IMG/VR virus record: IMGVR_UViG_3300045284_000065
Coordinates: 27,555 to 91,554 of that record
Source: a virus
Strand: one strand, 5' to 3'
DNA: 64,000 nucleotides
The position numbers and the translations under genes are program-made. Numbering within the stretch: the first letter of the stretch is position 1; each line of letters begins with the position of its first letter. Shown piece after piece: positions 24,478 to 34,659 of the stretch. A model generated the notes under the pieces. That model worked only from the letters and a program-made list of their open reading frames with translations. It made no database searches and was not told the origin of the DNA.

Positions 24478-25953
24478 TCACGGCCAGGGCGAGATGACGT
24501 TCTGAGTGCTGGGTGCTGCTGCCGTGAGGTACGGCAGGACAGTCGGGGTGGGGGACCAGGGCACCAGGGGCCGAGACTCGTTCCACATCGGGTCCTCCGG
24601 GTAGAGCACGTCGAGGTGGCCGTGGACCGGGATCCCAGCCGGGACCCACTGGTAGGCCAGCCCCTGCAGCGCCGCCTCGTCGTCGGTCAGCGGCGACGAG
24701 GCGTCGACCTTCCAGGCGAACAGCCGACCGAAGGTGGAGTTGCGGAGGTTGTACCAGCAGCTGTAGCTGGCGTGGCGGTTGGACGTGCCGCCGTACCAGC
24801 TGAAGTCCTCGCGCGCCCCGTACGTGGTGTCGCCGTCGAAGTAGGGCCAGTCGTTGCCGTTGTCGGGCAGGTTCCCCGGCTCCACGCACACCTGGTCGAT
24901 GTCGAAGACCCCGGTGGTCAGGGTGGCGTCATACGGCTCGTACTCCAGGCGCAGCATCCCCGACACCGCCTCGCCAGGATCGCGCATGGTGCGGATGTGG
25001 GTGAAGCCTGCGCCGATCAGCCACGACGGAGTCGTCTCACCGTCGCGCAGCGTCTCGTAGCCCCAGTTGGCCATTGACACCCGGTAGTCGTCGTCCCAGG
25101 TGATCAGGCCCAGCTTCAGGACACCAGCGCCGCGCACCTGCATCTGGATCGTCAGGCCTGGTTCGCGGCGACGGCGGTAGGTCAGCGGGAAGACGTTGCT
25201 CTCCAGGATCAGGGGGGTGCCTCCGGTGACACGACCGCAGTTGTTGCCCGCCCCCGGAGGGGGGTCACCGACGAGAGCGATCGACCCATTGGTGCGCCAG
25301 AAGTTCGTCGTCAACTCGAAGCTCGGGTTGGCGATCAGGTTGAGCCGCTGCGGGTAGATCCAGACGTGCTGGGTGCGCGCCGTCTCGAAGGGGATCGGCG
25401 TCCGCTCGATCAGCAGCGTGCCCTCGACAGCGTTGGGCATGGTCCCGGCGTCAGCACCGGCAGACACGTCATCCCAGTAGAACAGCACCCGCTTGTTCGA
25501 CAGGGTGGCGTCGACAGCCGGGACCACGCCATCGTTGGCGTGCATCAGGGGGTTGCCGAGGAACGTGCTGTCGGTGACGAACATCAGGTCGTCCAGCGAC
25601 GATGATCCCTTGTCGAGAGCGAAGCCGACTGCGGCCACTGGTGTCGTCGGCGTCCCCGGAGGGATCACGAAGCGGGAGGAGACGGCGATCTCGGCCACGT
25701 TGCGGGTCGTCCCGGCAGCCTTGGTGATCGTCACCGGCAGGGACGGACCCACGACGTAGGTGCTGCCCCAGCCCAGCATGTTCTTCAGCGTGTCGACCTT
25801 GTTGATACCGGCATATGCCGTAGTCGTCGGGAGGTTCTCGCCCTCGCCCGAGATCAGCGCCGGAGCCTGTGGAAACAGGTACAGCTGGACACTGGCCCCG
25901 GCCCACCCGGCCTTGAGAGTGGAGAGGAACTGCGAGGTGAAGTAGTAACTCAC
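24478..25953 (-). CDS. Minor tail/baseplate protein with a carbohydrate-binding-like domain
   Basis: RLNLIANPSFE...YFDGD motifs; last gene of the baseplate operon. Confidence 0.7.
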   Translation of the reverse strand: MSYYFTSQFLSTLKAGWAGASVQLYLFPQAPALISGEGENLPTTTAYAGINKVDTLKNMLGWGSTYVVGPSLPVTITKAAGTTRNVAEIAVSSRFVIPPGTPTTPVAAVGFALDKGSSSLDDLMFVTDSTFLGNPLMHANDGVVPAVDATLSNKRVLFYWDDVSAGADAGTMPNAVEGTLLIERTPIPFETARTQHVWIYPQRLNLIANPSFELTTNFWRTNGSIALVGDPPPGAGNNCGRVTGGTPLILESNVFPLTYRRRREPGLTIQMQVRGAGVLKLGLITWDDDYRVSMANWGYETLRDGETTPSWLIGAGFTHIRTMRDPGEAVSGMLRLEYEPYDATLTTGVFDIDQVCVEPGNLPDNGNDWPYFDGDTTYGAREDFSWYGGTSNRHASYSCWYNLRNSTFGRLFAWKVDASSPLTDDEAALQGLAYQWVPAGIPVHGHLDVLYPEDPMWNESRPLVPWSPTPTVLPYLTAAAPSTQNVISPWP

Positions 25954-28900
25954 TCCTGCTCCTCTCCGATGAAGAAGGGATCGAACACACCTGGGTCCAG
26001 CGGGCCGATCTTCTCGGCACCGGTATCGGTGGGTCCACCAGGATGCCCTGCCGCTGGGCCGGTCAGGGTGAGGGTCTTGACGAACACGTCCGAGGTGACC
26101 TGCGACGAGTTGCCGACGTAGTAGAGCGAGGCCCCGGAGAAGTGGACGTAGGGCGAGCGACTGGTGTTGGACCCAGCCGCCCGACTGACCACAGCGATCG
26201 CTGGCACGACGTAGGCCCCGTTGGCCGGGACGGTGCCGGATACCGAGGTCGGTGCCCAGTTGCCGACTGTCGGGGTCACCGCCCCCAGCGCCGCCGCCAG
26301 GCTGATGAAGTCATCAGGCCTGCCACCATCCCCGAAGAAGAACAGGAAGGCCTGCATCGACCCGACGCCGAACTCGCTGGCGCAGGAGATGGTGAAGGTG
26401 TACACGTCACCGGGCTTGCACGGTGTGCCCACATCGAAGGGGAGGATCTCCAGTGGTGGATCAGGTGCGATCTGGGTCTGCTTGCCGTCGCCGCAAGTGA
26501 TCAGCAGATCGGCCAGAGCATCGGCTGGACCGGTGTAGACGTGCATCATCCCCTTGCCGCTGGTCGGCCCGGGGTTGTATCCGTAGGTCCCTGAACTGAA
26601 GCCGATCCTGTCGTAGCTCAATGGACTGGCCGGGATGCCAGAGCCGGTGGGCTTGGGGTAGGTGAGGTCGTGGATCCCTGCCCAGTTGCCGGTGCCGTTC
26701 ATGAACTCAGAGTCATCGGGGAGCAGTAACACATTGGGGGACGAGGTGACATCGCAGTCGCACTTGGCCGCTGCATTGACCAGTGACTTCATTCCACCGA
26801 CCGTGCCCCGACCACGGTAGAGGTAGCCGATCGTGCCGACCAGCGCGCGGTAGGAGTAGTCGCCCAGCCCCGGCTCGTACTTCACCCCGAAGTTCTCACC
26901 GATGCGCTGCAGCAGGGAGAGGGGGGTGAAGTCGGTGTGGTACATGTCGAGCGACGACTCGGCGTACTCACGGGTGAGGTCGAACTGGTAGCCGAAGATC
27001 TGCAGCCAGCGCTTCAGGTCGCCGTCGTTGGCCCCGCCGCGCATGTTGTCGTCCAGGTAGCGGTAGTACGGCGGCAGGGCATTCCACAGGTGCTCGGCGT
27101 GATGGTGGTTGCGCGGCAGCAGGCAGCAGTGGATGGCGGAACGCACCCAGTCGAAGCCGACGCGGAAGAACAGGGCGTAGTAGTACCAGCGACCGGGGGT
27201 CAGGCCTGTGGCGGCCGATGTCTCGGGGGAATGAGGGTCGAACTGGTTGGGGGTGAGGATCTCATGGCTGGTGGCGTCGTAGCGATAGCCGGTGGGGTAC
27301 AGCTGCGCCTTGGTCTGCCGCATGATCGCCTGACCGTCGTTGACCGTGGACGGGTAGCCCATAGCGGCGCGGATGATCGTCACCTCGCTCCAGGTGATGT
27401 CGGCCAGCGTGGAGGGCGTCTCCCAGGAGATCGCAAACTGCTCGGGGACGTTCCACTCGATCTCGATGGTGTCGTAGTTGATCGGCTGGGAGTAGAGAGT
27501 GCCCTTGCCGACACCAGCAGGCGTCCACCCCGGCAGGGTCGTCGGATATCGGATGGCCGTCTGCTGGGTGCGGGCATTGGTCGAGCCACGGACGTAGTCG
27601 CCACCTGAAACGGTGGTATCGATGACGCGCTGCACGGTGAAGGCGGGCTGGTCCCACCACTTCGACGTGTCGTCCGTCTCGGTACCGGGCCACCACGGAC
27701 GGTTGAGGGAGGGCGGCGAAAGCTCCGTCACCGGCCCGACCGGTGCCGGAGTGAGCACAGTCGACGGCCCGTCCTCGCCGCGCACCAGGGTGGTAGTCGG
27801 CCCCTGGGGTGACGGGAGGATGGTGGTCGTAGGACCAGGCAGTGACGGCTCCAGGTCCGAGGTGGGGCCAGGAGCGGACGGCTGGACCTTCATGGTGCGG
27901 CTCGCGCCGACCGGCTCTAGCACCACGTTCTCTCCGGTGAAGGCGGTGAAGGCACCCGAGTCGGCTGCGATCCCGGCGAAGGAGTTGATGTTCCAGCCGA
28001 ACTTCTCGGTCCCACCGGGGACGTTGTTGGCCCCGATGCCGTTGGTGATCGACACGTTGGAGAGCCAGCCCCGCATGGACAGCGTGCCGTCCTCGGCCCC
28101 ACCGAAGGTCACCTGCTCGGTGTCCATGTACAGGGCGGTGACGTTCTCGAAGACGAGGGGGTCGCCCTGGGCCACCCAATCGGTCGGCAGCGGGACCAGC
28201 GGGGTGCCCACCGGGGTGAGCGCCTCGGGTGCGGTGAAGAAGGTCACCGTGGCGTCCGTGGTGGAGTAGTTCGTCGTGATCGCCAGCCAGCCCCAGTCGA
28301 CGTTGTCGTCGTCCCACACATCAGCGAGCACAGCGTTGATGTCGTCGGTCATCCCATCCGAGGAGGCGTGGAAGCTGAACTCAGTGCCCTTACGACGCAG
28401 CGAGAAGCTGCGCCCGAGTGGGGTGACATCACCGGTCGATGCTGTCGAGGCGACGTTGGCGTTGATCTTGGCGTAGGTGAACGTCGTCGTGGTCGGAACT
28501 GTCGTGATCGTGACAGTCCCGTCGAAGGGAGCGCCGACGCCGGTCACGATGACGGCGTTGCCGACCGCCAGCTTGTGGGGGTCCTTCGTGGTGATGGTCG
28601 CCACGTTCGTGGTCAGCTGCTTGTTCAGCACCTTCGACGCTGGCGTGGTGTTCCACTTCTGGACGAGCACCTGCTCAGTGGTGAGCAGCTTGCCCGTGAA
28701 GTTCACCCTGACCATGAGGGTGAAGTCGCTGGTCACGGTCGAGAGGTTGGGGACCGTGGCCCGGCAGTACTCGCCACTTACGCCATCGAACGATACATAT
28801 CCCGATATGGTCGGCGTGCTCGACTGATGCAGCGTGATGGTCTTGCCCCACTGCTCGTTGAACACCGTCGTGGCGGTCGGGACCCGCAGGGACTCCTGGT

Positions 28901-31900
28901 CCATGCGGAACATCTCGATGTTGGTGGCGTCGTTGTAGATCCTCAGGTTGGCGATGCGCCCACCGAACCAAGAGGTGTCACCCTCGGTCGCACCGATCCA
29001 GAACGGCCCGTTGCCCTGCACCAGACCCGAGGTGGGGTAGTTGGTCACGATCGGCTGGCCGATAGCGACCCAGCTGTCGCCGTAGTCGAGCGTCTCGAAG
29101 AGGCGCAGGCTCTGCTGATTGGGCACCGTCATGTCCACTGCCAGCCTGAGGTAGCGGTACTCCCCATTGACCGGGCCAGCGATGGGCCGGGTGGTCGAGG
29201 TGTATTCGATGGAGCCAGACGAGTTGGTCCAGGTGAACAGCAACTCACCGTTGGGCGACAGGCGCACCAGGTAGGAGTGGTTGTTGCCCGCCGACCAGCG
29301 TCCGAAGAGAGTCTGAGCCGGTCCCTCGGAGTGGGATGTCGGCGGGTCCTCCGAGTCCACTACCAGCTGACCGGTCCAGCGATCGGCGGCGAGTCGGATG
29401 TCGATGGTCATCGACCCGGCGATGGCAGGGAAGCCGCCAGCCGGGACGGTGGCGTAGTTGCCGAGGGTCCCGGGGAAGTAGAGGTAGCCGGGGTTGGGCG
29501 ATGTCTCGATGGCGGTCTGCGTCTTCACGATGGTGACGGTCTGACCGGTCACGGCCTTGAAGCTGGTCGCCGCTGGGTCGATGGCCAAGCAGGTCTGGTC
29601 GATCAGCAGCGCCTCAGTGTTCTGGATCGGCACGCCACCCGGATCGAACGAAGTGCGGAACGAGACGTTGCTGATCGCCCCGTCGAAGAAGTTGCCGATG
29701 ACCAGCGTCGCTATCGAAGCGAACATTGGACCGGAGGTGGGCGTCTCGGAGAGTCGGGTCCAGGTCCGGTTGTCATCGGAGGTCCAGAAGCGGACGTAGT
29801 TGCTGGTTCCGGCCTCGAAGGAGACGGCCACCCGCTTGGCTGCCTGGGCCTGCAGCCCCAGCGCCGGGGACTCCACGACGTTGTCGTAGTTGTTGCCGTT
29901 CGATGACCAGTAGAACAGCAGGGTCCCCCGGCTGGAGAGCAGGAAGGACCAGCCGACGAGGCCAGCGCTGCCCGACTTGGTCATGATCGCCCGGTTGCGC
30001 CGCGGCGGCGTCCAGTCGTTGGCGATCAGGCGGGCCTCCACCACGAACGAGGTGTTGTCCTGGAAGGCCGTCTCGTTGGGGACAGTGAGGAAGTTGCTCT
30101 CGGTCCCCGGCAGCACGATGTAGCCGAAGTCGACCGGGACGTAGTCACGCCGCACCGTCGCCGTGCCACCCTGCAGAGCGAGCGTGCCAGCCTGAGGGTT
30201 GGCCGGGATGTGCTCGGAGGCCAGGCGCAGCATCTCCAGGGAGGTCGACTGAGTCGACCCGTAGATGGACAGCCCGTAGAGACGCCCGTCGTACTGCGCC
30301 CCGATGACCAGTGGCGATGTCGAGTTGAAGACGGTGCCAGTCAGGCCACTCTGGCGCGTCCCCAGCGGTGCCCAGGTGACGCCGCTGTCGGGGGAGAGCC
30401 AGAAGTCCACGACCCGGACACCGCCGACGATGTCAGTGTCGATCCGCACCACCTGGCGGCTGGTGCTCGCTGGCACCGGCTGGGTGCAGGTCAGCGTGTA
30501 GAAGACCGTGCCGTCGATGGAGTAGAGGAACTGCAGACACCCGTTGATGTCCATCATCACGGCGTAGCCACGCTGGCCCGCCGCTGCCCACTTCGAGATG
30601 ATGGTCTGAGCGGTGTAGGGCAGCCAGGAGCGCGGGAGGATGCCGAAGACGAATGAGGTGGGGCCGGTGATCTCCAGGGTCGCAGCGTCGGCAATCACCA
30701 GGTCGTTGCCGAGCGTCCCGGGGAACAGGATGTAGCCGGTGCCCTTCGGTGCCGGGTTGCGGTAGACGGTGATGGCCTGGCCGGTCGCCGCTGTCAGAGC
30801 AGTGCTGGTCGATGTGACGGCGTTTCCCTGAGCGTCGTTGATGAAGTTGTCGGCGTTGAGGCCAAACACCTCGGTGCCCTCCACCGGCAGCGCTCCGGTC
30901 CCCGTGCGGATAGAGACATATCCAATGTCCCCGTCGATCGACGGCCCAGTGGGGACCGACCCCGAGGTCCAGCCCGAGCCGATCCGCAGCGGGTTAGTGC
31001 TGTTGCCGATCGCAGAAGCACCCACGGTGACGCTGAAGCTCGCCGTCCACGACGCTGCCGCAGGAGGGGTGAGGCTGTCGGTCAGCGAGTACCACACCTT
31101 GTGGTTCACCACCCCGGTGGGGTCGTAGAAGATGCTGTACCAGACCCACTGCTCGTTGGCGTCGATGGTGGTGCGGCTAGTAGCCCTGAAGTAGGAGGAG
31201 TCGTTGGGACCCCAGGAGAACAACAGGCCATATGGGCCAGTCACCACCCGATAGACCAACCCCTTGCCGACCGGGACGCTGAAGTGGTTGGGCACCGTGT
31301 CCCGCTGACGCATCCGCAGGATGATGTACATCGGCGTGATCACGTCGAGAGCGGTGGCGTCGGGCGTCTCCATGTAGTTGCCGGTCGTGCCGGGGAAGGT
31401 GGCGTACCCCTGCCCGATCGCCTTGGGCGTGCGGACGACGGTCACGACGGTGTTGACCGGCCCCACCGAGGGAGCGAATGACGTGGCATCGGGGACCACC
31501 CCAGCCAGGTCCTGATTCCCGTCGAAACGAATCGCCTCGACGCCGCTGTCCGCTTCGGACATGTAGTACACGCGCCCGACGAAGGGAGAGAGGCCGCTCG
31601 TCGTGTTGTTGCCGATGAGTACCTGGCCCGACTGGGTGAGCAGAGGGGTGGTCCCGGCATTGGCCCCGGTGACCGGGGTCCCCAGCTGGATCCAGGTGGC
31701 CTTCAGCGGGTCGATCTCGTTGTCGAAGGAGTACCAGTAGGTGCAGACCGCCGAGGAGATCACGACCTGGCCCCGGATCCAGATGTCCTTGTCGATGGCG
31801 ATGCCGGGGATATCAGCGTTGGCAGCGACGCCACCGATCGGTGCCACCGAGGTGTTGAGGACGCCGACAACAGGCCGGTTGGTGGACTGGATGCTGAGAT

Positions 31901-32090
31901 AGGCGTGGGTGCTGTTCCACCCGCAGATCGGTCGGTTCAGGCTGCTCAGAGCACTGAAGCGGACCCGCACGGTGAACTGGAGCGAAGTGGGTGGCGACGC
32001 CAGGTTGGCGCGATCGATCCTCGCGTAGTTGCCGACCTGACCTGGGAAGTACAGGTAGCCGGGAGCGTCGACAGGGAAGGCGAGAGGCAT
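25950..32090 (-). CDS. 2046-aa baseplate wedge (P2 gpI-like) protein with six LamG/ConA-like N-terminal domains
   Basis: Six GYxxFPGxxGNY-initiated repeats; HLWNALPPYYR..DLKRWLQIFGYQFD...YRGRGTVGG wedge motif; follows the baseplate J gene. Confidence 0.8.
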   Translation of the reverse strand: MPLAFPVDAPGYLYFPGQVGNYARIDRANLASPPTSLQFTVRVRFSALSSLNRPICGWNSTHAYLSIQSTNRPVVGVLNTSVAPIGGVAANADIPGIAIDKDIWIRGQVVISSAVCTYWYSFDNEIDPLKATWIQLGTPVTGANAGTTPLLTQSGQVLIGNNTTSGLSPFVGRVYYMSEADSGVEAIRFDGNQDLAGVVPDATSFAPSVGPVNTVVTVVRTPKAIGQGYATFPGTTGNYMETPDATALDVITPMYIILRMRQRDTVPNHFSVPVGKGLVYRVVTGPYGLLFSWGPNDSSYFRATSRTTIDANEQWVWYSIFYDPTGVVNHKVWYSLTDSLTPPAAASWTASFSVTVGASAIGNSTNPLRIGSGWTSGSVPTGPSIDGDIGYVSIRTGTGALPVEGTEVFGLNADNFINDAQGNAVTSTSTALTAATGQAITVYRNPAPKGTGYILFPGTLGNDLVIADAATLEITGPTSFVFGILPRSWLPYTAQTIISKWAAAGQRGYAVMMDINGCLQFLYSIDGTVFYTLTCTQPVPASTSRQVVRIDTDIVGGVRVVDFWLSPDSGVTWAPLGTRQSGLTGTVFNSTSPLVIGAQYDGRLYGLSIYGSTQSTSLEMLRLASEHIPANPQAGTLALQGGTATVRRDYVPVDFGYIVLPGTESNFLTVPNETAFQDNTSFVVEARLIANDWTPPRRNRAIMTKSGSAGLVGWSFLLSSRGTLLFYWSSNGNNYDNVVESPALGLQAQAAKRVAVSFEAGTSNYVRFWTSDDNRTWTRLSETPTSGPMFASIATLVIGNFFDGAISNVSFRTSFDPGGVPIQNTEALLIDQTCLAIDPAATSFKAVTGQTVTIVKTQTAIETSPNPGYLYFPGTLGNYATVPAGGFPAIAGSMTIDIRLAADRWTGQLVVDSEDPPTSHSEGPAQTLFGRWSAGNNHSYLVRLSPNGELLFTWTNSSGSIEYTSTTRPIAGPVNGEYRYLRLAVDMTVPNQQSLRLFETLDYGDSWVAIGQPIVTNYPTSGLVQGNGPFWIGATEGDTSWFGGRIANLRIYNDATNIEMFRMDQESLRVPTATTVFNEQWGKTITLHQSSTPTISGYVSFDGVSGEYCRATVPNLSTVTSDFTLMVRVNFTGKLLTTEQVLVQKWNTTPASKVLNKQLTTNVATITTKDPHKLAVGNAVIVTGVGAPFDGTVTITTVPTTTTFTYAKINANVASTASTGDVTPLGRSFSLRRKGTEFSFHASSDGMTDDINAVLADVWDDDNVDWGWLAITTNYSTTDATVTFFTAPEALTPVGTPLVPLPTDWVAQGDPLVFENVTALYMDTEQVTFGGAEDGTLSMRGWLSNVSITNGIGANNVPGGTEKFGWNINSFAGIAADSGAFTAFTGENVVLEPVGASRTMKVQPSAPGPTSDLEPSLPGPTTTILPSPQGPTTTLVRGEDGPSTVLTPAPVGPVTELSPPSLNRPWWPGTETDDTSKWWDQPAFTVQRVIDTTVSGGDYVRGSTNARTQQTAIRYPTTLPGWTPAGVGKGTLYSQPINYDTIEIEWNVPEQFAISWETPSTLADITWSEVTIIRAAMGYPSTVNDGQAIMRQTKAQLYPTGYRYDATSHEILTPNQFDPHSPETSAATGLTPGRWYYYALFFRVGFDWVRSAIHCCLLPRNHHHAEHLWNALPPYYRYLDDNMRGGANDGDLKRWLQIFGYQFDLTREYAESSLDMYHTDFTPLSLLQRIGENFGVKYEPGLGDYSYRALVGTIGYLYRGRGTVGGMKSLVNAAAKCDCDVTSSPNVLLLPDDSEFMNGTGNWAGIHDLTYPKPTGSGIPASPLSYDRIGFSSGTYGYNPGPTSGKGMMHVYTGPADALADLLITCGDGKQTQIAPDPPLEILPFDVGTPCKPGDVYTFTISCASEFGVGSMQAFLFFFGDGGRPDDFISLAAALGAVTPTVGNWAPTSVSGTVPANGAYVVPAIAVVSRAAGSNTSRSPYVHFSGASLYYVGNSSQVTSDVFVKTLTLTGPAAGHPGGPTDTGAEKIGPLDPGVFDPFFIGEEQE
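27715..27880 (-). repeat. Five 11-aa (33-nt) xxxGPtTtLxP repeats
   Basis: GP codons at 27732, 27765, 27798, 27831 and 27864. Confidence 0.9.
28797..28808. promoter_or_regulatory. ATATC-NN-GATAT palindrome (perfect copy)
   Basis: cATATCCCGATATg inside the 2046-aa gene. Confidence 0.6.
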
Positions 32091-34189
32091 CAGGTGTTCG
32101 CCAAGCCCCCGTCAGCGGTCACCCACAGGCCGTCGTGGATGAACTCGTCGTCGGTGTAGTAGGGCGGGTAGCTGGCCGACGACGCCGACTCGTCGTACTT
32201 GACCGGGTCGATGCGTGGGATGTGCAGGTCGTCCACGATGATGTCCCCCACCTCGCCCACCGTGACCGGCGTCGGGGAGTAGCGCACGAAGGTGAAGTCG
32301 ATCGAGGTGCTGGCGGCAGGCGTGGTGTTGGGCGACGACTTGCGGGCGATGACCACGTCCCAGTCGGCGTACCCCGGCGTTGACGGGACGCCGGTACCAC
32401 CGTGGAGAGTGGCGTTGGAGCGCACGACGTAGTCCCACCACGATCCGTTGGCCGGGTTGCTCAACACGATGTGGTCGCCCACGTCGACACGGCCCAGGTC
32501 CGCCGTGCGGTTGTCACTCCCGGCAGAGGGCGACGTGGTATCCCGATATGAAATGGCGATGTGCAGGAAGTCGGGGTCGGTCGAGGTCGTGTCGTCGTAG
32601 AGCCGGTAGAACGTGGCGGTCGGCTCGGGCGGGCTGGCCCCGGCCTCGAACTTCCACTGGCTGGTGAACATCGTCTCCACCGGCTGGGTGGGAGGCCCGA
32701 GCACCAGAGGGTCGACCACCACGGTGCCGCTCTCGGAGGGCGGGCGTGAGGTGGTCAGCCAGTTGACCTCGGCCCAGTCCACGCCCTGCACAGTGAGCAC
32801 GGCTCGGTAGACATCACCGAGGGTGATGCGGGTGCCGAAGTCGACCATGTCGAAGTCGAGCAGCGTGTGGAGCGTGGAGTCGACCTTGTTGCGAACGTCG
32901 AGACGGTTGAACACCTCGGCCACCTGGATGTTGATCCTGATGAAGACGTTGGTCCACAGGTCCATGCAGTGCAGCGGGCCAGCCACGACGGTGGAGCCGA
33001 TGAGGATCTTGTCCTGCATCGTCTGCTCGACAGAGGTACACAGCCGCTGCATCTGAGCATCGGTGCATTCGTCAGCGCTGGAGGACAGGGTCGGAGCGAC
33101 CCACACCTTGACGGCGGTGTACACCGTGCCATAGGCGACGCTCTTGGCCACTCCTGGCGTCTGCATCGCCAGGTCGGCGTAGTCGTTGAGGGTGACAGCG
33201 CGGCTGCGGATGCGGGCACCGGCCCGGGGGACCGAGAAGCGCATCGATGCCACCGACTCGGCATCGGCTCCACCAGAGGGAGAAGCCGGGTTGGACACCG
33301 TCACCTGCCATGCCTCGAAGAAGCCAGCAATCGGGACGATGGTGGAGATCATCTTGGCCGGGACATCATTGGCCGCTGCGCCGACGCCGTAGCGGTAGGT
33401 GGCGAACAGCTGGGCGTTAGCAGACGGGATCCGGCCCGACGTGTTGTCCCCGAAGCAGATGTGGGTGAAGCCCTGGTCGTCCAGGTAGGTGGTGAACACC
33501 GACTGGGTCGGGCGCGCCGTTGCCAGATCGGTGGTGTAGGTCCACACGACCTGCTGGTAGCCCTCGCTCGACACGATGCGGAGCGACCCGGCGATGATGC
33601 CCTTCTGCGGCAGGGTGAACTCGGTGTTGGCGATACCGAAGGCCACGCCGATCGGCGTGTCCCGCACTGTCACGCCCTCCTGGGCAAGCAGCGTGAACGG
33701 ATCGTCACCAGGGTGGAACGTCACTGCGTTGACAGTCTCGAAGACGATGGTGTCCCCGGCGTTATCCGAAGAGGAGTAGCACCGGGTGCCTGCTGGAATG
33801 GTGAGCGGGTCCTTGGGGTCGGTGGGATCGGGGGTGTAGGGGGTGATGGTCAGGTCCACCGATGCCGCCGCCTGTCCAGTCGGCTTGTAGCCGAGCATGT
33901 CGGCGATGTAGTACACCGACTGGGGCCGAATGGCAGTGGCGAGGAATGACTCACTGGCCGTGCGGTCGATGTAGAAGTTGAGGATGTCACCGAGGTAGGC
34001 GAACAGTTCCAGGATCACCGTGCCGAAGTCGGAGGACTCCCCGGCCGTCGTCCACTCGGGCATGATCGTGTTGGCGAGACGGACCAACTCGGCCCGGAGC
34101 GACGTGAAGTCACGACTGGTGTAGTCGAGGATCAGCTTGTTCTTGAGGCCTTCGTCGTCCAGTGAGACGAGCACGCCGATGTCAGACAC
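32090..34189 (-). CDS. Baseplate J / wedge protein
   Basis: DYTSRDFTSLR..PEWT..SDFG, FGDNTSGRIP, SGGADAES, RAVTLNDY. Confidence 0.92.
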   Translation of the reverse strand: MSDIGVLVSLDDEGLKNKLILDYTSRDFTSLRAELVRLANTIMPEWTTAGESSDFGTVILELFAYLGDILNFYIDRTASESFLATAIRPQSVYYIADMLGYKPTGQAAASVDLTITPYTPDPTDPKDPLTIPAGTRCYSSSDNAGDTIVFETVNAVTFHPGDDPFTLLAQEGVTVRDTPIGVAFGIANTEFTLPQKGIIAGSLRIVSSEGYQQVVWTYTTDLATARPTQSVFTTYLDDQGFTHICFGDNTSGRIPSANAQLFATYRYGVGAAANDVPAKMISTIVPIAGFFEAWQVTVSNPASPSGGADAESVASMRFSVPRAGARIRSRAVTLNDYADLAMQTPGVAKSVAYGTVYTAVKVWVAPTLSSSADECTDAQMQRLCTSVEQTMQDKILIGSTVVAGPLHCMDLWTNVFIRINIQVAEVFNRLDVRNKVDSTLHTLLDFDMVDFGTRITLGDVYRAVLTVQGVDWAEVNWLTTSRPPSESGTVVVDPLVLGPPTQPVETMFTSQWKFEAGASPPEPTATFYRLYDDTTSTDPDFLHIAISYRDTTSPSAGSDNRTADLGRVDVGDHIVLSNPANGSWWDYVVRSNATLHGGTGVPSTPGYADWDVVIARKSSPNTTPAASTSIDFTFVRYSPTPVTVGEVGDIIVDDLHIPRIDPVKYDESASSASYPPYYTDDEFIHDGLWVTADGGLANT

Positions 34190-34197
34190 AGTGACTC

Positions 34198-34659
34198 CTA
34201 GAGGGGTGCGGGCGGAACGGCGTCGTGCAGCGCCTCGATGTGACCCGGCAGGGTCCGACCGAAGAACTCCGACGACGGCAGCGGAATGGTCAACGTGCTC
34301 TCGCCGCCCACCGACGAGGACTGGTAGCTGATCTTCACGTCCACTTCAGCTTCGGGCACACCCGAGGTTTCGATGATGACGTAGCGGATGGAGGCGCGAA
34401 GCAGGACGCGCCCATCGGGACCGGTGTTGGCATTGGCCAAGCGCGTGCGGACGATGGAGGCGGCGTCCTGTCGCTCCAGTTCGTCACGGGGATCGAACAG
34501 CGCCGACTGCAGGTCGCACCCGTAGTGGGGCCGGAAGACACGCTCGCCCTGGTTGGTCATCAGGGCGTCGATCACCTGGCCGCGCACGATCTCGTCGTAG
34601 TTGGTGGTGGTGCCGACCTTGCCGCCCTGCACGCGGAAGGGGACCTGGAGCGCTCTCAT
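34198..34659 (-). CDS. GPW/gp25-family baseplate protein
   Basis: LMTNQGERVFRPHYGCDL. Confidence 0.9.
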   Translation of the reverse strand: MRALQVPFRVQGGKVGTTTNYDEIVRGQVIDALMTNQGERVFRPHYGCDLQSALFDPRDELERQDAASIVRTRLANANTGPDGRVLLRASIRYVIIETSGVPEAEVDVKISYQSSSVGGESTLTIPLPSSEFFGRTLPGHIEALHDAVPPAPL

